Sequence record: SRR22947727_2089
DNA length: 33,930 nucleotides
Strand: one strand, 5' to 3'
Within the stretch, counting starts at the first letter, position 1. Each line of letters starts with the position of its first letter. Under the pieces are notes generated by a model, which saw nothing but the letters and a program-made list of their open reading frames with translations, made no database searches and had not been told where the DNA came from. Shown one piece after another: positions 27,536-33,930 of this stretch. A program made the translations under genes and the position numbers.

Positions 27536-28033
27536 ATGAGAAAACGCGTGATAATATCGGTTCTTATGATCGCTTTGGCGGGCTGCCAAACTGCCGGCGG
27601 CGGTGTTTCTCAAGCACCGGGCGAGCCAGGCCGTAAAGAAACAATTGGCACTCTAAGCGGTGCGGTTGTGGGGGGCGCCTTAGCCAATCAGATGGCCGAG
27701 GGGTCTGATAATCAGCAATTTGCGACATTTTTGGGCGCTGTGGCCGGTATGGTAATCGGGGCAGATATTGGGGCCTCTCTGGATGAGTTGGATCGCCGGA
27801 TGTTGAATAATAATTATCAAACCGCGCTTGAAACCTCGCCCACGAATACAGCCGTTGCGTGGAAGAACCCCGATAGCGGCAATAGTGGCAGCGTAAAGCC
27901 AACGCGCACGTTTTATCGCGCTGACACGGTGTGCCGCGAATATACGCAAGAAATCATCGTTGGTGGGCGTAAAGAGCAAGGCTATGGCCAGGCCTGTCGC
28001 AGCGCGGATGGAGATTGGCAAATCGTTAAATAA
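27536..28033 (+). CDS. 17-kDa surface antigen-like glycine-zipper lipoprotein
   Basis: Lipobox LAGC, glycine zipper, WKNPDSGNSG, CREY...GQACR...DGDW; AGGAG RBS. Confidence 0.88.
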   Translation: MRKRVIISVLMIALAGCQTAGGGVSQAPGEPGRKETIGTLSGAVVGGALANQMAEGSDNQQFATFLGAVAGMVIGADIGASLDELDRRMLNNNYQTALETSPTNTAVAWKNPDSGNSGSVKPTRTFYRADTVCREYTQEIIVGGRKEQGYGQACRSADGDWQIVK

Positions 28034-28059
28034 GCAAACGTGATGGTTTTAGAGCGCCG

Positions 28060-28551
28060 TTAATCGCGCAATTCGTTTGGGTAAACACCCCAAAGCGCGT
28101 CTTTTGGCAGCCATCCTTTAAATTGACCGGATCTTGCGCGGCACCAATCCAAGGTGCATTCGTCGATGCTGACGATGACATTATGTTCAATCCGTGCGCG
28201 CAAGGCACTGCTGCGATCAGGGCGTGAAAGCAAGGGGTGCATGTCGGTCGTTACAATCGCACTGCGGACACCAGAGAGCATCGAATAATGCACCCAGCCT
28301 CCGGCGCCGTCGATATCTCGCACCCGCCGCCAGTTTTCATATTCGGCATAAATTTCCAAAGGCATGTTTTTGCGTGTAAACACCCAATCAATCCGGTGCG
28401 ATAAGGAAGGCCCACGGCGGGCATGGGCTTTGCTGGCTTTCAAAGACACGTAGCGCGGCATGGGCAGGTTGGTCACTGGGCCGCGCTCTTGTGCGCAAAG
28501 GCTGCTGGCCAATAAAAAGCTGAGAACGATTGGGGCTATAATGCGCAGCAT
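28060..28551 (-). CDS. Bacterial SH3 domain-containing secreted protein
   Basis: Signal peptide; LPMPRYVSLK, RRGP, WRRVRD, GWV, WG. Confidence 0.88.
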   Translation of the reverse strand: MLRIIAPIVLSFLLASSLCAQERGPVTNLPMPRYVSLKASKAHARRGPSLSHRIDWVFTRKNMPLEIYAEYENWRRVRDIDGAGGWVHYSMLSGVRSAIVTTDMHPLLSRPDRSSALRARIEHNVIVSIDECTLDWCRARSGQFKGWLPKDALWGVYPNELRD

Positions 28552-28659
28552 GTTTGACGCTCGAAATCCTGTTTCAATTTTTTATCTAGAGGTTCTTGTG
28601 CCCTGATGCAACTTACGTCACTTTATGCGGGTAACAGCTGTGTCAGTAAAGAGGCTCAT

Positions 28660-29646
28660 ATGCCATCAGATAAACTTCGCGTAGCCGTGACGCGCCGTCT
28701 TCCTGAAGCGGTCGAAACGCGTATGAAAGAGCTGTTTGATGTTCATCTACGCGACCAAGATACTCCGATGGAGCGGGCCGAGCTGGGCGCTTTGATGAAG
28801 ACAATCGATGTTTTGGTGCCGACCGTCACCGATGATATTGATGCGGCTTTATTGGCGCAAGCTGGCCCAGATCTAAAGTTGATCGCTAATTTTGGGGCGG
28901 GTGTTGATCATATTGATGTGAAAACTGCCAATCAACGTGGCATTCTGGTTTCGAACACCTCTGGCGTGGTGACTGAGGATACGGCGGATATGGCGATGGC
29001 GCTGATGCTCGGAGTGACGCGCCGGATTCCTGAAGGTTTAAGCATGATGCAATCGGGCCAATGGTCGGGTTGGTCACCGACCGGGTTTTTGGGGGGGCGC
29101 TTGGGAGGCCGCCGCCTGGGTATCCTTGGGATGGGCCGCATTGGTCAAGCGGTTGCGCAGCGCGCGCGCGCCTTTGGCGTTCAAATTCATTATCACAATC
29201 GCAAACGCCTGCATTCAGAAACTGAAAGCCAGTTTGAGGCCACTTATTGGGAAAGTCTGGATCAAATGGTGGCGAGAATGGATATTCTATCGATTAATTG
29301 CCCCCATACGCCGTCGACGTTTCATTTGATGAACGCGCGGCGCTTGAAGCTTATGAAACCCAGCGCGGTGATCATAAATACTTCCCGTGGTGAGGTGATC
29401 GATGAAAATGCCCTAACGCGGATGCTGTCAGCCGGCGAGCTGGCCGGTGCAGGATTGGATGTGTACGAGCATGGCACGGATGTGAACGTTGATTTGCGCC
29501 GTTTGGCAAACGTGGTTTTATTGCCGCATATGGGATCTGCCACGATAGAGGGGCGCATTGAAATGGGCGAAAAGGTCATCATCAATATCAAGACATTTGC
29601 GGATGGCCATAGACCCCCTGATCAGGTTTTTCCGGCGATGCTTTAG
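28660..29646 (+). CDS. D-2-hydroxyacid dehydrogenase / glyoxylate reductase
   Basis: VPTVTD, NFGAGVDHID, GMGRIG, INTSRG, GLDVYE, PHMGSAT; GAGG before ATG 28660. Confidence 0.9.
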   Translation: MPSDKLRVAVTRRLPEAVETRMKELFDVHLRDQDTPMERAELGALMKTIDVLVPTVTDDIDAALLAQAGPDLKLIANFGAGVDHIDVKTANQRGILVSNTSGVVTEDTADMAMALMLGVTRRIPEGLSMMQSGQWSGWSPTGFLGGRLGGRRLGILGMGRIGQAVAQRARAFGVQIHYHNRKRLHSETESQFEATYWESLDQMVARMDILSINCPHTPSTFHLMNARRLKLMKPSAVIINTSRGEVIDENALTRMLSAGELAGAGLDVYEHGTDVNVDLRRLANVVLLPHMGSATIEGRIEMGEKVIINIKTFADGHRPPDQVFPAML

Positions 29647-30129
29647 GCCGGAAATAGCGCCAGGCAACGCGTTATTCGATGGCCATGCGCGTTGGCCTGG
29701 CATGATCGAATATGTCGCAGCTTTGGCGTTCAATCGGTTTACCCCATGTTAGGCGACGGGCTTTTGCGCCGCTGTTGAGGTTTATTTTTTAAACATCTGC
29801 AAATATTGGGGCATGTTTCAGTTCGGATTTAGCTCTATACGCCCCAGACCATTTTGCACCACCAAAGCTTACAGCTTTTGTAAAATCGTATTTCGCCGAT
29901 GAAGAAAGGTCATTTACCCATGCCCCTGCTTTTTATTATAAGCGGCGGATGGAAAGCCCTGTTTGATCTCGTTAAAAAACGCCGCGCCATAGCTGCAGAT
30001 CAAAGAGGTTCTGTAAGGGCGAGCGCGTCGCGCGGCAGAGGTGGCTATCCAGGTATCGCCCGCAGATTTTTTGCAACAGCCTGTGCTGCCATGGCCTCCC
30101 CCGACCGTGTTAGGGAAACGCTCAGATAT

Positions 30130-30165
30130 TTTGGGCAGCGTTTTGCGCACATAGCGCTGCCCAAA
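30130..30165 (-). terminator. Hairpin downstream of phbB
   Basis: TTTGGGCAGCG-N14-CGCTGCCCAAA; U-tract is weak. Confidence 0.5.
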
Positions 30166-30196
30166 CCATAATTATAAAGTAAGCAGATGCCTTGGC

Positions 30197-30919
30197 TTAA
30201 GCCAAATATTGCGCGCCATTGGCGTTTAAAGTTGCGCCATTGATAAAGCCAGAGCCATCAGCGGCCAAAAATACCGCGCAGCGTGCAATTTCCTCTGCTT
30301 GACCAAGGCGCCCCGCTGGAATTTGCGCTACGATGCCGTCGATCACTTTTTCAGACAGGTCTTTAACCATATCTGTGTTGATATATCCCGGGCAGATTGC
30401 ATTTGCCGTGATCCCATATCGTGCGCCTTCTTGGGCAAGGGTTTTTGTCATCCCCAAATCACCAGCCTTAGAGGCCGCATAATTGGCTTGAGCAAATTGG
30501 CCTTTTTGACCATTGATCGAGCTGATTGTAATCACTCTGCCAAATTTGCGCTCGCGCATGCCGGGCCAAAGCGGGTGCGTCATATTAAAGACGCCAGATA
30601 GGTTGGTATCAATAACCTCGCTCCATTGCGCGCGCGTCATTCTGTGAAAAGGTGCATCGCGCGTGATACCGGCATTGTTGACCAGCACGTCGACGGGCCC
30701 CAGCGCGGCCTCAACCTCGGCGATGCCGGCAACGCAAGCATCATAATCGGCAACGCTCCATTTGAATGTTTTTATGCCATGCTCTGCCGTGAACGCCGCA
30801 GCTGCGGCGTCATTTCCGGCATAAGTTGCCGCGACCTGATAGCCGGCGGTTTTCATTGCGATCGAAATAGCGGCGCCTATTCCGCGGGTTCCGCCTGTAA
30901 CCAGCGCGACTCTTGACAT
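30197..30919 (-). CDS. phbB: Acetoacetyl-CoA reductase
   Basis: TGGTRGIG, NNAGITRD, SSINGQKGQFAQANYAASK; directly downstream of the thiolase. Confidence 0.95.
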   Translation of the reverse strand: MSRVALVTGGTRGIGAAISIAMKTAGYQVAATYAGNDAAAAAFTAEHGIKTFKWSVADYDACVAGIAEVEAALGPVDVLVNNAGITRDAPFHRMTRAQWSEVIDTNLSGVFNMTHPLWPGMRERKFGRVITISSINGQKGQFAQANYAASKAGDLGMTKTLAQEGARYGITANAICPGYINTDMVKDLSEKVIDGIVAQIPAGRLGQAEEIARCAVFLAADGSGFINGATLNANGAQYLA

Positions 30920-31005
30920 TATCTTCTCCTATTTTTGAATTCGAAACATTATTAAAAATATTGTATATATTTAGCAATAACATTTCCTAGTGGTTTGTGA
31001 TTTGT

Positions 31006-32181
31006 TCAGGGGCGCTCTAGGCACATGGCCACACCCATACCGCCGCCAATGCATAAAGTTGCCAACCCTTTTTTCGCATCACGACGCTGCATTTCGAAAA
31101 GCAATGTATTCAAAACCCGCGCGCCTGAGGCACCAATAGGATGCCCGATGGCAATGGCGCCACCATTGACGTTGACGATATCAGGATCCCAGCCCATATC
31201 TTTGTTGACAGCACAGGCCTGCGCGGCGAACGCTTCGTTGGCTTCAACCAAATCTAAATCGTCCACAGACCATCCGGCTTTTTCAAGCGCTTTGCGGCTG
31301 GCAGAAACCGGCCCAACGCCCATGATAGAGGGGTCAAGTCCGACCGTTGCATAAGAGGCAATCCGCGCCAAAGGTGTGATCCCGCGTTTTTCGGCCTCAT
31401 CGGCGCTCATCAGCAAGGCACCCGCTGCGCCATCATTCAAACCTGATGCGTTCGCGGCTGTGACGCTGCCCTCTTTCGCGAAAGCTGGGCGCAGCTTTTG
31501 CATCGCGTCCATCGTTGCACCATGGCGGATATATTCATCCCTATCCACGACAATTTCGCCTTTGCGCGTTTTGATCACAACCGGCACGATCTCATCAACA
31601 AACTTACCCGCATTCTGGGCTGCTTCTGCCTTATTCTGAGAATTCACGGCAAAACGGTCTTGTATCTCGCGGCTAATTTGCCATTTTTCTGCCACGTTTT
31701 CTGCGGTTTGACCCATATGATAGCCATAGAAAGCATCCCAGAGACCATCTCGGATCATGCTGTCAATATAACTGACATCGCCCATTTTGTGACCGGCGCG
31801 CAAATGCGCGACATGCGGAGAGAGCGACATATTTTCTTGTCCACCCGCGGCAACAATCTGCGCATCTCCCAGTTGGATATGTTGAGCGGCCAAGGCAACG
31901 GCGCGCAAGCCCGATCCGCAGACTTGGTTGATGCCCCATGCCGCGCTTTCAATCGGCAAGCCTGCATTGATATGGGCTTGACGCGCTGGGTTTTGGCCTT
32001 GCCCTGCGCTTAACACTTGCCCGAGAATTGTTTCAGAGACCTCCGCTTTCTCGATACCGGCGCGCGCGACCAGGGCTTCAAGCACTGTTTTGCCAAGATC
32101 ATGGGCGGGCGTCGTTGCAAGGGATCCGTTAAAGCTGCCAACCGCTGTTCGGGCTGCAGACGCGATTACGACATTGGTCAT
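31006..32181 (-). CDS. phbA: Acetyl-CoA acetyltransferase (beta-ketothiolase)
   Basis: [33 protein letters not shown] before ATG 32181. Confidence 0.95.
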   Translation of the reverse strand: MTNVVIASAARTAVGSFNGSLATTPAHDLGKTVLEALVARAGIEKAEVSETILGQVLSAGQGQNPARQAHINAGLPIESAAWGINQVCGSGLRAVALAAQHIQLGDAQIVAAGGQENMSLSPHVAHLRAGHKMGDVSYIDSMIRDGLWDAFYGYHMGQTAENVAEKWQISREIQDRFAVNSQNKAEAAQNAGKFVDEIVPVVIKTRKGEIVVDRDEYIRHGATMDAMQKLRPAFAKEGSVTAANASGLNDGAAGALLMSADEAEKRGITPLARIASYATVGLDPSIMGVGPVSASRKALEKAGWSVDDLDLVEANEAFAAQACAVNKDMGWDPDIVNVNGGAIAIGHPIGASGARVLNTLLFEMQRRDAKKGLATLCIGGGMGVAMCLERP

Positions 32182-32244
32182 GGTGGCCTCCAAGTTTGCA
32201 TTGATAAAATAATTGAAAGTGCTTGCGCGGGTGTTTAAAGCAAA

Positions 32245-32259
32245 TGCTGCATCGCAGCA
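32245..32259. promoter_or_regulatory. Putative PhaR/AniA operator upstream of phbA
   Basis: TGCTGC-ATC-GCAGCA palindrome matching CTGC-N3-GCAG. Confidence 0.6.
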
Positions 32260-32386
32260 ACATAAGATTGCTTTTTGCAGATATCGAGTGCGCTGACGCT
32301 ACGTTAAGCGTTATAGGGGCGAACATACAACATGCCCCATCACCGCGATTTATAAAGATGTGCAAAGGAGCTGGGAGGCGCGCGCG

Positions 32387-33208
32387 CTACGCGATCTCGG
32401 CTCCTGGCCAGTCAAGCCTCAGCGTTGGCCGTCCGAAAAAATACCCTTGCTGGCATATTACGCCGCTCTTGTTCAGCCAAGCGCTTGTTGCGGATGTTTC
32501 AACCGCCTCGGCTATTGTATACATGCCAAAATGGCGCGCGATGGATAATAAGGCGTGCACCAAAACTTGATGATCTGCATTATGCTCGACATCTTTGATG
32601 AATTGCCCGTCAATTTTTAAAAAATCGAACTGAAAATCTTTCAAATATCGAAACGACGTGGCCCCAGATCCGAAATCATCCAAGGCAAAACCAACTCCGC
32701 GTTGCGATAAATCGCGCGTGAACGGGATCACAATTTCTGGAAGCCGAATCGCAGAACCTTCGGTGATTTCCAAAATAAGCCGTTTGCCGATAGAGGGGGT
32801 GCGTTGCAGTGCCTTTGATAAAATGTCAGTCCATTTGTGATATCCAATCGAGCGCGCTGACATATTAATCGAAAGATATAGGTTCGGGTGATCGCGCAGA
32901 CGCCTCAAACCAAGAGCAAGGGCATGGCAATCGATGGTACGCGCGATCTCTAATTCTTCGATCAGCGGCATGAATTTCGATGCGGGTATAATCTGGCCTG
33001 ACGCTTCGCGGATCCGAACCAGCGCTTCAAAGCAGAAAACTAAATTGGGCTCGGCGCTTTTGACGATCGGCTGGAAGGCAAGCAGGGTGTCGTTTTGGTC
33101 TACAGCGCGGACCACCCTGCGCAGAATGTTTTTTTCATTTTGGGCGTTTGCAAAAGCCAAAGGAGACTTGTCTTCGCTGGATATATCCAGAGGATTGCCG
33201 ATTTGCAT
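32387..33208 (-). CDS. Stand-alone EAL-domain c-di-GMP phosphodiesterase
   Basis: FQPI, EAL, INMS, EITE, DDFGSG, KIDG, EAVE, QGY. Confidence 0.9.
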   Translation of the reverse strand: MQIGNPLDISSEDKSPLAFANAQNEKNILRRVVRAVDQNDTLLAFQPIVKSAEPNLVFCFEALVRIREASGQIIPASKFMPLIEELEIARTIDCHALALGLRRLRDHPNLYLSINMSARSIGYHKWTDILSKALQRTPSIGKRLILEITEGSAIRLPEIVIPFTRDLSQRGVGFALDDFGSGATSFRYLKDFQFDFLKIDGQFIKDVEHNADHQVLVHALLSIARHFGMYTIAEAVETSATSAWLNKSGVICQQGYFFGRPTLRLDWPGAEIA

Positions 33209-33284
33209 GATTTACTCCATTCTGGATCCGAGGAAAGCTTGCAAAAAATAAGATAACAAACCTCTAAAAAAGCAAAAAAGGTGA

Positions 33285-33930
33285 ATGAATAAAATGGAAG
33301 ATCGGTCGCGCTGTGGGTGGCATGGGCAAGATCCGGTATATCGTGCCTATCACGATACGGAATGGGGCGTTCCAGAAACCGATAGCCGTGCGCTTTGGGA
33401 AAAACTGATTTTGGATGGGTTTCAAGCCGGGTTAAGCTGGATCACAATATTGAAAAAAAGGGATAATTTTCGCGAAGCCTTTGCTGGGTTTGATCCCAAT
33501 ATACTGGCAAGCTGGTCCGAAAAAGACGTTGCACGATTGCTGCAAAACCCCGGGATTATTCGACATCGAGGTAAAATTGAGGCAACCCTCTCGAACGCAA
33601 GGGTGTGGCAGAAAATCGAACAGCGCGTCGGGTTTGCAAATTTTTTATGGGCCTATGTAAAGTTTGCACCTTTGATAAACCATTGGAAAAGTTTAGACGA
33701 GGTGCCCAATTACACGCCCTTATCCACGCAAATTTCAAAAGATTTAAAGGCTGAGGGGTTTAAGTTTTGTGGCCCGACAATCGTCTATGCGTTTATGCAA
33801 GCAACGGGCATGGTGAATGATCATTTGGTGGGGTGTTTTCGTCATTCACAGGTGGCGTTACAGCCGGCTTCCGGCATCGAAACTTCGCCCAATAAAAAGA
33901 GAGGTGCAGGATTGACTCTGCCTTCTGGGC
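33285..33930 (+). CDS. tag: DNA-3-methyladenine glycosylase I (runs off the window end; absent from the ORF track)
   Basis: RCGW...YHDTEWG, FQAGLSWITIL, IIRHRGKI, GFKFCGPT, GMVNDH..C; open to the end; start 33285 or 33294. Confidence 0.92.
   Translation, partial: MNKMEDRSRCGWHGQDPVYRAYHDTEWGVPETDSRALWEKLILDGFQAGLSWITILKKRDNFREAFAGFDPNILASWSEKDVARLLQNPGIIRHRGKIEATLSNARVWQKIEQRVGFANFLWAYVKFAPLINHWKSLDEVPNYTPLSTQISKDLKAEGFKFCGPTIVYAFMQATGMVNDHLVGCFRHSQVALQPASGIETSPNKKRGAGLTLPSG

Noticed and set aside
29899-30171. Overlapping 90-aa (+) and 78-aa (-) ORFs
   Set aside because: No family resemblance and they span the phbB terminator hairpin; a decayed gene cannot be excluded
33253-33267. CtrA box upstream of the EAL gene (ATAA-N7-CTAA)
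   Set aside because: Both half-sites deviate from TTAA in an A-rich stretch; too weak without comparative data
231-33738. Numerous short ORFs in the track antisense to or nested in well-supported genes
   Set aside because: Typical shadow ORFs with no independent motif or RBS support; the exception is 21423-21653, reported as a gene fragment

Overview
This window looks like the chromosome of a marine alphaproteobacterium. A Rhodobacteraceae/Roseobacter-group origin is inferred from gene content and order (smo polyol operon, SH3-glyoxylate reductase pair, phbAB-EAL-tag). The left ~8.3 kb is a visibly AT-richer accessory, island-like region. It carries a 1529-aa mosaic surface lipoprotein, an RraA/HMG-aldolase-family gene bracketed by two ungapped 85-bp direct repeats (63/85 identical), a sterol-desaturase-family gene and two degenerate tRNA-3'-end (att-like) scars. 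The rest is mostly metabolic or core: a LacI-regulated smoEFGK-mtlK polyol operon, yhhQ, DUF599, two aldo-keto reductases, a D-threonine-aldolase-like PLP enzyme, uxuA, an Ldh2/ComC-like dehydrogenase, iolG, a 17-kDa-type lipoprotein, an SH3 protein, a 2-hydroxyacid dehydrogenase, phbBA, an EAL protein and tag (runs off the end). The most notable non-obvious signals are: (i) the repeat-bracketed rraA cassette next to an att scar; (ii) a collapsed smoS remnant kept as a 49-aa ORF with ATGA overlaps to both neighbours; (iii) a diverged inverted copy of part of the D-TA gene in its own 3' spacer; (iv) two CCUCCC-loop sRNA candidates; (v) a preQ1-riboswitch-like leader on yhhQ. All family calls come from motif recognition by eye, and no database searches were run.
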